A stretch of DNA of 64,000 nt from an uncultured Verrucomicrobiae bacterium (GCA_963719495.1 CAVRCI010000004.1:256001-320000); one strand, 5' to 3'. Positions 10,384 to 20,897 are shown, numbered from the stretch's first letter. Notes: a model not told the origin generated them from the sequence alone. Numbers and translations are program-made.

Positions 10384-12066
10384 ATGCGTTGTTCCCTCGG
10401 ATTGGATTACGGCACGAATTCCGTTCGTGCGCTCATCGTGGATTGTGCGGATGGCCGCGAGGTCGGGGTCGCCGTTTTTCATTACCCGAGCGGGCGGCAG
10501 GGAATATTGCTCGATCCCAAAGATCCGAATCTGGCCCGGCAGCATCCGGGCGATTATTTGCTGGGCGCTGAGGAATCGGTGAAGGCGGCGATCGCCGACG
10601 CGCGGAGCCGGGACGCGGCGTTCGATCCGAAGGACGTGATCGGAGTCGGCGTGGATGCGACGGGGTCGAGTCCGATCCCGGTCGACGCGGCAAATGTGGC
10701 GATTGGGACGAAGGCGGAGTTCCGCGATTCGCTCGCGGCGCAGTGCTGGCTGTGGAAAGACCACACGAGCTGGCGCGAGGCGGATCAGATCACGAGCATC
10801 GCGGGGCGGATGCGGGCGCAATACTTCGCGAAGTGCGGGAATACGTATTCGTCGGAGTGGTTCTGGGCGAAGATCTGGAAGTGCGCGCTCGAAGCGCCGG
10901 AGGTGTTCGAGGCGGCGCACAGTTGGGTGGAGCTGACGGATTGGGTGCCGTCGCAGTTGGCGGGGATCGGCGACCCGGCGGCTGTGGCGCGGGGGATCTG
11001 CACGGCGGGGCACAAGGCACTTTATTGCGACGAGTGGGGGGGGCTGCCGGACGAGGAATTTCTCACGGAGCTGGATCCGCGGCTGGCGGCGCTTCGCGGC
11101 CGGCTCTACGAAAAGGCGCTGGACGCCTCGCACGCGGCGGGGGTTTTGTCCGCCGATTGGGCGAGCCGACTGGGGTTGCGCGAGGGCATTCCGATCGCGA
11201 TGGGCGAGATGGACGTTCACTACGGCGCGATCGGGTCGGGGATCGCGGAGGGGACGTTGGTCAAGGTGATCGGGACTTCGACGTGTGATTGCTGCGTGGT
11301 GGACGCTTCGCGGGAGATCGCGGACATCCCGGGGATTTGCGGGATCGTCGACGGGGCAATTTTGCCCGGGTTCTTCGGGATCGAGGCGGGTCAGTCGGCG
11401 GTGGGGGACATTTTTCGGTGGTGGGTCGAGGACGTGTGCGAGGGCGACGGGGAACTGCACGGAAGGCTCACGGACGAAGCGGCGGGTCTCGCGCCGGGCG
11501 AGAGCGGATTGCTGGCGCTGGATTGGAACAACGGGAATCGGACGATCCTGGTCGATCAGCGGCTCACGGGTTTGCTGCTCGGGCAGACGCTTCACACGAG
11601 CCGGGCGGAAATTTATCGCGCGCTCATCGAGGCAACGGCCTTCGGCGCGCGGATGATCATCGAGCGGATCGTGAAATACGGCGTGCCGATCGAACGGGTC
11701 GTGTGCGCGGGCGGGATCGCGGAGAAGAATCCGATGCTGATGCAGATTTATGCCGACGTGACGGGACGCGAGATGCGGATCGCGGCGTCGACGCAGGCTT
11801 GCGCGCTCGGGGCGGCGGTGTCGGCGGCCGTGCTGGCGGGCGTGGACGCCGGGGGGCACCCCGACTTCCCGACCGCGCAGGCGGCGATGACGTCGCTCAA
11901 GGACGAGGTGTATAAGCCGAATCCGGAGGCTTCGGCGGTCTACGAAGAAATCTTCGGACTTTATCGGGAGGTGCACGATGCGTTCGGCGGTGTGGCGGTG
12001 AGGGATCTCGGTGGGGTCATGAAAGGGTTGCTGGAAATCCGCGAGCGACAAACGTCCGTCGGCTGA
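10384..12066 (+). CDS. araB: Ribulokinase
   Basis: [42 protein letters not shown]. Confidence 0.95.
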   Translation: MRCSLGLDYGTNSVRALIVDCADGREVGVAVFHYPSGRQGILLDPKDPNLARQHPGDYLLGAEESVKAAIADARSRDAAFDPKDVIGVGVDATGSSPIPVDAANVAIGTKAEFRDSLAAQCWLWKDHTSWREADQITSIAGRMRAQYFAKCGNTYSSEWFWAKIWKCALEAPEVFEAAHSWVELTDWVPSQLAGIGDPAAVARGICTAGHKALYCDEWGGLPDEEFLTELDPRLAALRGRLYEKALDASHAAGVLSADWASRLGLREGIPIAMGEMDVHYGAIGSGIAEGTLVKVIGTSTCDCCVVDASREIADIPGICGIVDGAILPGFFGIEAGQSAVGDIFRWWVEDVCEGDGELHGRLTDEAAGLAPGESGLLALDWNNGNRTILVDQRLTGLLLGQTLHTSRAEIYRALIEATAFGARMIIERIVKYGVPIERVVCAGGIAEKNPMLMQIYADVTGREMRIAASTQACALGAAVSAAVLAGVDAGGHPDFPTAQAAMTSLKDEVYKPNPEASAVYEEIFGLYREVHDAFGGVAVRDLGGVMKGLLEIRERQTSVG

Positions 12067-12083
12067 TTGGCCGCTATTTTTTT

Positions 12084-13610
12084 ATGAAAACACCCATCCA
12101 TTCCAATCCGGATCTCGAAATCTGGTTCGCGACCGGCAGTCAGCACCTCTACGGCGAGGCGACGCTGCGGGAGGTCGCGGCGAACAGCAGAGCGATCGTC
12201 GAAGGTCTCGCGGGCGCGATGCCGCTGCGGGTTGTTTTCAAGGACGTGCTTACCGGGCCGGACGCGATCCGCGAGCTGGCGCTGGAGGCGAATCGTGCTC
12301 CGAATTGCGCGGGTCTCGTCTTCTGGATGCACACGTTCTCGCCGGCGAAAATGTGGATCGGCGGGTTGAGCGTGCTGGCGAAGCCATTTCTGCACCTGCA
12401 CACGCAATTCAACCGCGACCTGCCGTGGGGCGAGATCGACATGGACTTCATGAACACGAACCAGGCCGCGCACGGCGACCGGGAGTTTGGGTTCATCGGC
12501 GCGCGGATGCGGATCGAGCGGAAGGTCGTGGTCGGGCATTGGAGCGACGAGCGGGTGCGCGGCGAGATCGCGACGTGGATGCGGGCGGCGCGGGCTTGGA
12601 GTGACTGGCAGGGCGCGAAATTTGCGCGGATCGGCGACAATATGCGGCAGGTCGCCGTGACCGAAGGCAACAAGGTGTCGGCGGAAATTCAATTTGGGTT
12701 CTCCGTGAACACGCACGGAGTCGGCGACGTCGTCGCGCACGTCGACGCGGTGAGCGACGCCGACCTCGACGCCTTGATGACGGAATACGCCGACACCTAC
12801 ACGCTCGGCGCGGATTTGCGGCGCGGCGGGGACCGGCACGGATCGGTGCGCGACGCCGGGCGGATCGAGCTCGGGCTGCGGGCGTTTCTCGAGGCGGGGG
12901 GATTCAAGGGATTCACCGATACGTTCGAGGATCTGCACGGGCTGAAACAGTTGCCCGGGATCGCGACGCAGCGATTGATGGCGGATGGCTACGGTTTTGG
13001 TGGCGAGGGGGATTGGAAGACGGCGGCGCTCGTGCGGGCGATGAAGCTGATGGCGACCGACCTGCCCGGCGGCGTGTCGTTCATGGAGGATTACACCTAC
13101 CACTTGGAGCCCGGGTCGGAATTGGTGCTCGGGTCGCACATGCTGGAGATCTGCCCGTCCATCGCGGCGGGCAGACCGTCGCTCGAAGTGCATCCGCTCG
13201 GGATCGGCGGGAAGGGGGATCCGGCGCGGTTGGTCTTCGATTCGCCCGCCGGGATGGGTCTCAACGCGTCGCTGATCGATCTCGGGAATCGTTTTCGCCT
13301 CGTCGTGAACACGGTCGAAGCCGTCGAGCCGCCGGAGCCGCTGCCGCACCTGCCGGTCGCGCGGGTCGTCTGGAAGCCGCTGCCCGACTTCGCCACCGCT
13401 TGCGCCGCTTGGATCACCGCGGGCGGCGCGCACCACACGGGATACAGTTGCGTCGTGACGCCGGAGCACCTCGACGATTTTGCGGCGATGGCCGGGATTG
13501 AATTGGTGTCGATCGACGCGCGGACGACGCTCCGGGAGTTTCGGCGCGAGCTGAAGTGGAGCGAGGTGTATCATCACCTCTCGGGTGGCTTCGGGGGAAA
13601 GGCGTTATGA
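12084..13610 (+). CDS. araA: L-arabinose isomerase
   Basis: [39 protein letters not shown]. Confidence 0.97.
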   Translation: MKTPIHSNPDLEIWFATGSQHLYGEATLREVAANSRAIVEGLAGAMPLRVVFKDVLTGPDAIRELALEANRAPNCAGLVFWMHTFSPAKMWIGGLSVLAKPFLHLHTQFNRDLPWGEIDMDFMNTNQAAHGDREFGFIGARMRIERKVVVGHWSDERVRGEIATWMRAARAWSDWQGAKFARIGDNMRQVAVTEGNKVSAEIQFGFSVNTHGVGDVVAHVDAVSDADLDALMTEYADTYTLGADLRRGGDRHGSVRDAGRIELGLRAFLEAGGFKGFTDTFEDLHGLKQLPGIATQRLMADGYGFGGEGDWKTAALVRAMKLMATDLPGGVSFMEDYTYHLEPGSELVLGSHMLEICPSIAAGRPSLEVHPLGIGGKGDPARLVFDSPAGMGLNASLIDLGNRFRLVVNTVEAVEPPEPLPHLPVARVVWKPLPDFATACAAWITAGGAHHTGYSCVVTPEHLDDFAAMAGIELVSIDARTTLREFRRELKWSEVYHHLSGGFGGKAL

Positions 13611-13628
13611 ATGCCGCTACGGGATCCG

Positions 13629-13721
13629 CTGTAGCGGCGGTCTGTGACCGCCGAGGTCGTCGAGTTTGGGTTGGGGCGTCTCGCGAGACGATCAGCGGCG
13701 GTCATAGACTCGCCGCTACAG
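13629..13721. repeat. REP-like inverted pair, family B (CTGTAGCGGCGGTCTGTGACCGCCG...GGCGGTCATAGACTCGCCGCTACAG)
   Basis: Between araA and araD; the same motif pair occurs inside both MITE copies. Confidence 0.85.
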
Positions 13722-13737
13722 GTGGGGCGGGAGGGAA

Positions 13738-14433
13738 GTGAGCCGTTTTACCGCGATTCGCGAAGAATGTTGCGAGGCAAACCGGGCGCTGCCCGCGTCG
13801 GGTCTCGTCGATCTGACCTTCGGCAACGTGAGCGTGCTCGACGCGGACGCCGGGGTGCTGGCGATCAAGCCGAGTGGGGTGTCCTACGCGGAGCTGCGGC
13901 CGGAGGACATGGTGCTCGTCGATCTCGATGGCGTCGTGGTCGAAGGGGAATTGCGAGCGTCGTCGGACACGCCGACGCACCGGCATTTGTTGCGGGATTT
14001 CGCAGGGGTGCGGTCGGTCGTTCACACGCACTCGCGTCGGGCGGTGGCTTTCGCGCAGGCCGGGCGGGAGATCCCGTGCCTTGGCACGACGCACGCCGAT
14101 TATTTTCACGGCCCGGTGCCAGTGACGCGGGCGCTCACCCCGGAGGAAATCGGGTCGGATTACGAATGGAACACCGGGGCGGTGATCGTCGAGACCTTTG
14201 CGAAGATCGCGCCGCTCGACATCCCGGCGGTGCTGGTGCGTGGGCACGGACCGTTCACTTGGGGCGCAAGCGCGGCGAAGGCGGTGGAGAACGCGGTGGC
14301 GTTGGAGATCATCGCGCAGATGGCGCGGGACACTTTGCTCCTCGATCCGGGGGCGGATCCGCTGCCGCGGGTCCTGCACGACAAACACTTTCGACGGAAG
14401 CACGGGGCCGGAGCGTATTACGGTCAACGGTAG
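13738..14433 (+). CDS. araD: L-ribulose-5-phosphate 4-epimerase
   Basis: FGNVS, IKPSGV, SSDTPTH, VHTHS, GTTHADYF, RKHG..AYYGQ. Confidence 0.95.
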   Translation: MSRFTAIREECCEANRALPASGLVDLTFGNVSVLDADAGVLAIKPSGVSYAELRPEDMVLVDLDGVVVEGELRASSDTPTHRHLLRDFAGVRSVVHTHSRRAVAFAQAGREIPCLGTTHADYFHGPVPVTRALTPEEIGSDYEWNTGAVIVETFAKIAPLDIPAVLVRGHGPFTWGASAAKAVENAVALEIIAQMARDTLLLDPGADPLPRVLHDKHFRRKHGAGAYYGQR

Positions 14434-14480
14434 GATTGACCGTTTCCGGTGTCCCGGGCATTAAGGAGCGGACGCCACCT

Positions 14481-14933
14481 ATGAAAATCGCATCCTCGCT
14501 CGTTCTCACCAGTCTCTTCGCTTTTGCTGTCGGTTGTTCGACCGGTCCCGGCACCTATCCCGAGCCGCCGAGCCTGCGGGCGCAATTCGAAAAAGCCGAT
14601 GCGAACGACGACGGCAAGGTCTCGCGGGCGGAATTCGGCGTGCTGCGCGTCGAGGATGCTTTCAAACTGTTCGACGACAACGAAAACGGCGTCATCACCG
14701 AGAACGAATTCGTTTCGTCGGGTGGATCGCAGAGCGCATTCGTGAAACTGGACAAGAGCGGTGACGGCGAGATCACGCTCGAGGAGGCGATGGGCAGCCG
14801 CGTGGTGATGGATTCGATGCTCACCGCATTCTACGAGGCCGACACCGACGACGACGGCTATGTGACCTTGGGTGAGGCGCTGGCCTACCGTCAGGCCGTG
14901 CGCGAATACACCGGCAACAATCCGCAGATCTAG
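14481..14933 (+). CDS. EF-hand lipoprotein
   Basis: Lipobox AVGC; four EF-hand loops DANDDGKVS, DDNENGVIT, DKSGDGEIT, DTDDDGYVT. Confidence 0.85.
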   Translation: MKIASSLVLTSLFAFAVGCSTGPGTYPEPPSLRAQFEKADANDDGKVSRAEFGVLRVEDAFKLFDDNENGVITENEFVSSGGSQSAFVKLDKSGDGEITLEEAMGSRVVMDSMLTAFYEADTDDDGYVTLGEALAYRQAVREYTGNNPQI

Positions 14934-14954
14934 ATTCGAAGCGGGAGCCGTCCG

Positions 14955-15368
14955 ATGTGCGCCCGGTTCGAATTGAACGACACCCGGCTGATGCCCGGGA
15001 AGTCGATCGGCGTTTGGCTTGGGCCTGGTCGCGGGGATCGCTTCGTCTGGGCGGGTTTTGCGCGGCGCGAGTCCCTTGGCTGGTGGAAACGCAAAGGCGG
15101 CGAGCTCGTCGACGTCCCGGCCAGCCGCTACGCCGAACGGTCCCGGAAAGACGGGCGGCTTGTCTGGGCGGACCTGACCGCCGGGCACGTCATTCGCGGT
15201 CTGGTCGATCCCAACGATGGCAAGCCGCTCGTCAAAATTGTGACCCGGGCGTGTGAGCCGGAGGAGGCCGCCTTCTTCGGACACGACCGGATTTGTCTGA
15301 CCGAAGAGGCGCGGTATTCGACCGAGCCGCCGCCGGCCGCGGACGACCCCGAGGCGACGTTGTTTTGA
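14955..15368 (+). CDS. Compact SRAP (SOS response-associated peptidase)-like protein
   Basis: N-terminal MCARF, then FARRES, PASRYAE, IVT and HDR in SRAP motif order. Confidence 0.55.
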   Translation: MCARFELNDTRLMPGKSIGVWLGPGRGDRFVWAGFARRESLGWWKRKGGELVDVPASRYAERSRKDGRLVWADLTAGHVIRGLVDPNDGKPLVKIVTRACEPEEAAFFGHDRICLTEEARYSTEPPPAADDPEATLF

Positions 15369-16639
15369 AACGACCGACCAGCGCCGCGCTGGCCCTCGCC
15401 CTGGCGATTTTCGTCGGTGCTTGTGCGCACGTTCCGCCTCGCGCCGACGAACGCCCGTTTCTGGACCGGATCGAAACCCGGAGCGACTCGGTGGTCACCG
15501 TCTCGGCGGCGGTGCTGAGTGATCGCGAGACCAAACGGGTCATGGGGTCGGGCTTGGCAGCCCAAGGCGTGCAACCGCTCTGGCTCGAGATCGAGAACGC
15601 CGGCGACGAGGAGTTGTTGCTCATGCTTGTCTCCATTGATTCCGACTACTTTTCGGCGGCGGAAGCGGCCTGGAAGGGCCGTCGATTTCTGGAGCGCCGG
15701 AGGTCCGACCGGATGAAAGCCTTCGCGGACTTGCAGGTGCCTTTCGTCGTGCCGCCCGAGCGCCGGGTGGCGGGCTACGTCTTCACGAACCGGGATCCGG
15801 GGGTGAAGGCTTTTGCGGTGGAATTGATCGGGGATCAGGAGAGCCATAACTTCAACTTCGAACAGGTGATTCCCGGCCTGCGAACCGATCTCGACGCGTC
15901 CGGGGTGCTCGCGGGAGGAGGCGGTCCCGCGGAGTCGAATTTGAGTTCGGCGGGGCTGCGATCCTACCTCGAAACGGTTCCCGGCGTGGCGTCCGGCGGG
16001 AAGCGGCGCCTGCCCGCCGATCCGCTGAATTTCGTGATCGTCGGCGACGCGCCGCTCGTTCTGGCGACCTTTGCGAGGCGGGGCTGGGACGTGACCGAGG
16101 CGCTGACCCTTGGGAGCGCCTGGCGCACGGTTGCTTCGACGCTGTTCAAATCCGCTTACCGGACATCTCCCATTTCGCCGTTGTTCCTGTTTGGCCGGAG
16201 GCAGGATTTCGCGTTGCAAAAGACGCGGGGCAACGTCGACGAGCGAAATCACCTTCGGCTCTGGCGGGCTCCCGTCGATTGCGAGGGCGAGCCCGTCTGG
16301 ATCGGGCAGATCAGCCGCGACATCGGCGTCAAGCTGACCCGCCGCACGATCGTGACGCACCGGATCGACCCCGACGTCGACGACGCCCGAATCTACCTGC
16401 TCCAGGATCTCATCGGCTCATCGTCGGTCGACGCGGTTGGATTCGTCGGAGGCGTCGGGGAGTCGACCCGGGAGGCTCCGCGGAAAAACTACACCCACGA
16501 CCCGTATCACACCGACGGCTACAGGCTCGTCGTCTTCCTCACGCCGGACCCGACCGCCACGGATGAGATCGACTGGCTGGATTGGGAATGGCCGACGGTC
16601 GCGTCGCCTGGGGTGGTGAACGAGGCCCTCCTTCGATAG
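15365..16639 (+). CDS. LssY C-terminal domain-containing lipoprotein
   Basis: Lipobox VGAC; DPLNF, YRTSPISPLFLFGRRQD, RNHLRLW, THRIDPDVD. Confidence 0.8.
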   Translation: MKRPTSAALALALAIFVGACAHVPPRADERPFLDRIETRSDSVVTVSAAVLSDRETKRVMGSGLAAQGVQPLWLEIENAGDEELLLMLVSIDSDYFSAAEAAWKGRRFLERRRSDRMKAFADLQVPFVVPPERRVAGYVFTNRDPGVKAFAVELIGDQESHNFNFEQVIPGLRTDLDASGVLAGGGGPAESNLSSAGLRSYLETVPGVASGGKRRLPADPLNFVIVGDAPLVLATFARRGWDVTEALTLGSAWRTVASTLFKSAYRTSPISPLFLFGRRQDFALQKTRGNVDERNHLRLWRAPVDCEGEPVWIGQISRDIGVKLTRRTIVTHRIDPDVDDARIYLLQDLIGSSSVDAVGFVGGVGESTREAPRKNYTHDPYHTDGYRLVVFLTPDPTATDEIDWLDWEWPTVASPGVVNEALLR

Positions 16640-16648
16640 AGGTTGTTG

Positions 16649-16666
16649 CCCCCCCAATTTGGGGGG
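16649..16666. promoter_or_regulatory. Palindromic C-run/ATTT/G-run site (CCCCCCCAATTTGGGGGG)
   Basis: Near copy at 19142-19160; function inferred only. Confidence 0.4.
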
Positions 16667-16815
16667 TGGACGAAATTCGCTCGATCCGCGAAGAAACATC
16701 CTCTCGTGCACCGGCTGGACTGTGAAATTCGCTCTGGCGAGAAAACCGTCCTGTCCGTAATGTCAGGAACCCCCCGGGGCAGGAAACCTAATTCAACCAA
16801 AAGCATTTGACCGTC

Positions 16816-17091
16816 ATGTCGAACCTGATTGCCTTGTCCCGCTTCCTACCCGCCACCATTGCTTCGGTGGTTCTCGTCGTTCTAATCTGGCCCTTCGAAC
16901 TCCTTCTGGGGATCGTATTTTTCCCCATCAAAGCGATGTTTCAGCCCCACCAACTGGTCGAAAACGACTACGCCGGTTGGCCGTGCAACACGCTGCACAC
17001 CATTCAGGCGATTTGGATGTGGGCGAAACTCGACCCTGATCCGCGCGATGCGAATCGGGGCGTTTTCAATTTCCTCGGCAATCTGCTGTAG
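16816..17091 (+). CDS. Small hypothetical membrane protein
   Basis: Hydrophobic N-terminal half, plausible codon usage. Confidence 0.6.
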   Translation: MSNLIALSRFLPATIASVVLVVLIWPFELLLGIVFFPIKAMFQPHQLVENDYAGWPCNTLHTIQAIWMWAKLDPDPRDANRGVFNFLGNLL

Positions 17092-17459
17092 AGGATTGCC
17101 CCGGGCCGGATCCGGTTGATTAGCAGCGCCGCAGCCCAGCCGATCAACACCGAATCCGGGGGGAACCCTTTCGGGGAGCTCTCGCATTTGGATCAGCTTG
17201 GCGAACGGTGTCTCGTCGGATCATTTGCGTGCCGCCAGATGCTTTCTGCTGCCATTGGCGGGTGGAATCGCGCTTTACGGGAGACCGGACGAGCCGTTGC
17301 TCCCCGACCGGGAGGCGCGGATCGGGCGAAAGCTTTTCGTCCGCCGGTGGCCGCGGGCATCACGTTGCGAGCCTCGATTTGAGCGCGGGGCGATGAAATC
17401 CGGATCGACAGCGAGTTTCATTGAAGCTAGGTCCATGCAATACGGTGCCAGAATCGAAG

Positions 17460-18248
17460 ATGGATGATCAATTGGAAGGGGGTGATCTGGCTGAAGACGA
17501 CGTGCGGGCGGTCGTGAATTTGTTGGGGCGAGTCGCGGCGGCCAGCGGCGGTCGGGTCGCGCAGCGGCGGGAGCTGATGGATGGATTGGCGGTGTTGGTC
17601 GGGGCGAATTGCTGGGTCTGGGGGCGATTTGGGGCGGTCGAGCCGGGGACGCTACCGGTTTTTGCGCTCGAGCAGCACGGAGGATTCAGCGAGGACCGGT
17701 TGGCCCGCTACGTTCAGGCGCAGGAACACCCTGACCTGGGTGCGTTGACGGCTCCGGCGTTTGCGGTGATGGCGGAGCGGGGTTCGCCGGTGACGCGGTT
17801 GCGACAGCAGACCGATCCGGAGGATCGTTTTCGATCCAGTGGGGCCTACGAAGCCTGGGCGGCTGCCGACGCCGCACCGGGGATTCTTTCGCTGCGACCG
17901 TTGGACGCGTTGACGGTCGGGGTGGTGGCGATTCATCGACGGATCGATGCGAGACTCTTCAGCGAGCGGGAATCGTTGATCGCGCACGTCGTGCTGACCG
18001 GGGTGGCGTGGCTCTACGAGGAGGGCGACGCGGAGCGGGACGGGGTGTGGGTGGAGCTGGGACCGCGGTTGATCACGGTCATGAATCTGCTGCTCCAGGG
18101 CGTGGCGCGGAAGGACATTGCGGAGCACCTGCGGATCTCGCCGCACACGGTGAACGATTACGTGAAGACGGTGTATCGAAGGTTCGGGGTGCGGTCGCAG
18201 CCTGAGTTGATGCGGCGGTTCTTTCGCGGCGATGGTGGGGATCGGTAG
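17460..18248 (+). CDS. LuxR-family HTH regulator with a non-receiver N-terminal domain (paralogue 1)
   Basis: C-terminal LLQG..RKDIA..L.ISPHTV..YVK..YRRFGV.SQ.EL. Confidence 0.9.
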   Translation: MDDQLEGGDLAEDDVRAVVNLLGRVAAASGGRVAQRRELMDGLAVLVGANCWVWGRFGAVEPGTLPVFALEQHGGFSEDRLARYVQAQEHPDLGALTAPAFAVMAERGSPVTRLRQQTDPEDRFRSSGAYEAWAAADAAPGILSLRPLDALTVGVVAIHRRIDARLFSERESLIAHVVLTGVAWLYEEGDAERDGVWVELGPRLITVMNLLLQGVARKDIAEHLRISPHTVNDYVKTVYRRFGVRSQPELMRRFFRGDGGDR

Positions 18249-19121
18249 ATGGAACGAAGCGGGAAAGAGGCGCATCGCTCCCGCGGGCGCGAGCTGAGGA
18301 GACTGCCGGACGCTCGGACTCTCGAGGAGGTCGACGTGCGGGCGGTGGTGCGGTTGCTGGGGGACGTGGCGGCGGTGGCGGGTGGGAGGCCCGCGCAGGT
18401 GCGAAGGCTGATGGAGGGGATGACGGGATTGGTCGGGGCGGAGGCTTGGTCGTGGTCCTTGATCGTGAATCCGGATCCCGAAGTGCTTCCGACCTGGGTG
18501 ATTCAGGTTCACGGGGGTTTCGACGATGGGAGATTTGCGAGGTTCATGCGGGCGCAGGAGCACGTGGGGATGAGGGAGTTGACGGCGGGATTTGCGGAGG
18601 TGTTGTTGCGGGAGGGACGTCACCTCACGGCGCTGCGGCAATACGCGGATCCGGATAACCGGTTTCCCGACAGCGCTGCCGGGAAGCTGTGGCGGGAGGC
18701 GGATTTGATGCCGGGCATCCTGTCGGCAGTGCCGTTGCGTCCCGGGGTCGTGCGGGCAATCACGGTGCATCGGCGGGCGGACGCGCCGCTGTTTTCGGAT
18801 CGCGACGCGCGCATCGCGCACATCCTGCTCACGGAGGTGGCTTGGTTGCACGCGGAGGCGGAGGGAGGGCCGCAGTCGGGGGTGGCCGCGCTGTCGCCGC
18901 GCTTGCGGACGGCGTTGAATTTGCTGCTCCAGGGATTCGCCCGGGCGACGGTGGCAGAGCATTTGGGCGTATCGCCGCACACGGTCAACGGTTACGTGAA
19001 GGAAATTCACCGGCAATTCGGAGTGAGTTCGCAGGCGGAACTGATGCGGAAATTTTTCCAGAGTAACGGCGGCGATGCTCGCCCGCCGCCCGTCCAAGGC
19101 ACGGAGCGGCGGTCGGCGTAA
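18249..19121 (+). CDS. LuxR-family HTH regulator (paralogue 2)
   Basis: Same architecture: DVRAVVRLLG N-terminus, SPHTVNGYVKEIHRQFGV. Confidence 0.9.
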   Translation: MERSGKEAHRSRGRELRRLPDARTLEEVDVRAVVRLLGDVAAVAGGRPAQVRRLMEGMTGLVGAEAWSWSLIVNPDPEVLPTWVIQVHGGFDDGRFARFMRAQEHVGMRELTAGFAEVLLREGRHLTALRQYADPDNRFPDSAAGKLWREADLMPGILSAVPLRPGVVRAITVHRRADAPLFSDRDARIAHILLTEVAWLHAEAEGGPQSGVAALSPRLRTALNLLLQGFARATVAEHLGVSPHTVNGYVKEIHRQFGVSSQAELMRKFFQSNGGDARPPPVQGTERRSA

Positions 19122-19141
19122 TGATCGACGCAAAACGACCT

Positions 19142-19160
19142 CCCCCCCTGATTTGGGGGG
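19142..19160. promoter_or_regulatory. Palindromic site CCCCCCCTGATTTGGGGGG
   Basis: 21 bp after the LuxR2 stop; near copy at 16649. Confidence 0.4.
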
Positions 19161-19197
19161 TAGGCAATCGCAGACTGATTGCGCACGCTGTTTTCCC

Positions 19198-19407
19198 GTG
19201 AGCACGCCATTTGAAACCGATGGAACGAGAGAAGGGGGCTTCGTCGTCTCGACTGGGGCGAAAAGTCCGACCGTTTCAGTCGAAGCGGGTCCCGTGTCGA
19301 GCGATTGGTCGTTGGTTGTGCTCGTCGGGTTCGGGACACTGGTGGCACTCGCGCGTCGCCGGCGTCTCTCCGGGTCGACCGCGGGAAGTTGGGGCCGTTG
19401 CCGATGA
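19198..19407 (+). CDS. Small ORF with a TM helix plus RRRR (PEP-CTERM-like tail, possible remnant)
   Basis: GPVSSDWSLVVLVGFGTLVALARRRR; stop overlaps the response regulator ATG (ATGA). Confidence 0.4.
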   Translation: MSTPFETDGTREGGFVVSTGAKSPTVSVEAGPVSSDWSLVVLVGFGTLVALARRRRLSGSTAGSWGRCR

Positions 19408-20093
19408 GCGTGACCGCCGAAACTTTATCGGGTCGGGGGAAGGGTCCGATCTCGGTCGGATTGATCGACGATCATCCCGTTGTTCTCGATGGGCTGAAGG
19501 TGTTTCTCGGGCAAGCGGTCGATTTTCGAGTGTTGGGGGCGGCGTTGAATTGGGCGGACTTCGAGCGGCAGATCGACGTCGAAACCCCGGAGGTCGTGGT
19601 GGTCGATCTCGATCTGCGGAAGGACGACGGGTTGCGCGTGATTCGGGCGATTCGGTCCAGATCGCGCCGGATTCGAACCGTCGCTTTCTCCATGTTCGAC
19701 GAGGAGAATCACGGTCCGCGGGCGCTGCGGGCGGGGGCTCGAGGTTACGTCGAAAAGGACGGACCGCCCGAGCGGTTACTCGAAGCGATTCGGTGGGTTC
19801 GGAGTGGGGGCGTCTTCGCTTCGGCCGCGAGCGTGCGGCGTTGGAAAAACGCGGGAGACGAGAACGTTTCGCCGACTGGCGGGGTCGACCGGCTGAGCGA
19901 TCAGGAATTCCGCGTCTTCAAGCTGATTGGCCGGGGATGCACTCGGAACGCCATCGCGAGTCAGTTGTTCGTGAGCGTCAAAACGGTGGAAGCGCACCGG
20001 GAGAACATCAAGCGCAAGCTCAGAGTCGATGGGGCGAGTCGGTTGGTGTGCGAGGCGGCGTATTTTTTGCAATCGGGGCAGGATCGTGGGTGA
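19404..20093 (+). CDS. NarL/FixJ-family response regulator
   Basis: IDDHPVV, phospho-Asp VDLDL, GARGYVEK, LSDQE..V..LIG, SVKTVEAHRENIKRKL. Confidence 0.9.
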   Translation: MSVTAETLSGRGKGPISVGLIDDHPVVLDGLKVFLGQAVDFRVLGAALNWADFERQIDVETPEVVVVDLDLRKDDGLRVIRAIRSRSRRIRTVAFSMFDEENHGPRALRAGARGYVEKDGPPERLLEAIRWVRSGGVFASAASVRRWKNAGDENVSPTGGVDRLSDQEFRVFKLIGRGCTRNAIASQLFVSVKTVEAHRENIKRKLRVDGASRLVCEAAYFLQSGQDRG

Positions 20094-20097
20094 ACGG

Positions 20098-20874
20098 ATG
20101 ATGGGTGGGGGGACGGGTGCCGTGGTGAGCGGAACGAACGGATCGAGGCAGGCGGTGGGTTGCGCCGACGGGGTTCGGCGAGAGCGGCGGCGCGTGGCGG
20201 GATTGCTGCACGACCCGATGGGTTGTCTGTTGGTGGGGTTGCGGATGCGGACCGCGTGCTTGGCTGGTCGGTGTTCGGAATCGCCGGAGGTGGTGCGGGA
20301 ACTCGAGCGGATGAACGAAATCATCGACGAAGTTCGGGGGCAGTTCCGGGCGATGGCCCGGGGGATCGCGGGGTTCGACGTCGCGCGTGAAGCGTGGTCG
20401 TCGGCCCTGCGGCAGTTGGTCGACGATCTGAGTCGGGTCAGCGGGATCGAGATCGCGCTCATCGGCGCGGAGAGCTGGACGCCGCCGTCGGATTTCGTGG
20501 CGACGGAGTCTTACCTGATCGTGCAGGAGGCTCTTTTCAACGTGATCGAACATTCATCGGCGGACGCGGCGACGGTGAGCATTCGGGGCGGTCGGGCTGG
20601 GGTGACGATGGTCGTTCGGGATGACGGGACGGAGGGTGGCGGCGGGAAAGCGGTTTGCGACGAAGGGGGCGGATTGGGCCTTCGGCTGATCCGGGAGCGG
20701 GCGGAGGGTTGCGGTGGCGAGGTGACGGTGGGTTGGATCGCGGGGGTGGGGTTCGAGATGAGTCTGCGCTTGCCGGTCGGAACGGCCCGCGGCGGGCCGC
20801 TGGTGGGAGCGATTGACCACGTCGGCGTGGGCCAGACGAGGCTTGACCGGAAGGCGCTCGGTAGTTTGGAATAG
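20098..20874 (+). CDS. NarX-like histidine kinase core without a sensor domain
   Basis: H-box RRVAGLLHD, N-box QEALFNV, VRDDG, GLGLRLIRERA. Confidence 0.8.
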   Translation: MMGGGTGAVVSGTNGSRQAVGCADGVRRERRRVAGLLHDPMGCLLVGLRMRTACLAGRCSESPEVVRELERMNEIIDEVRGQFRAMARGIAGFDVAREAWSSALRQLVDDLSRVSGIEIALIGAESWTPPSDFVATESYLIVQEALFNVIEHSSADAATVSIRGGRAGVTMVVRDDGTEGGGGKAVCDEGGGLGLRLIRERAEGCGGEVTVGWIAGVGFEMSLRLPVGTARGGPLVGAIDHVGVGQTRLDRKALGSLE

Positions 20875-20897
20875 AAGTAGCTACGCGTTGGTCGGCG

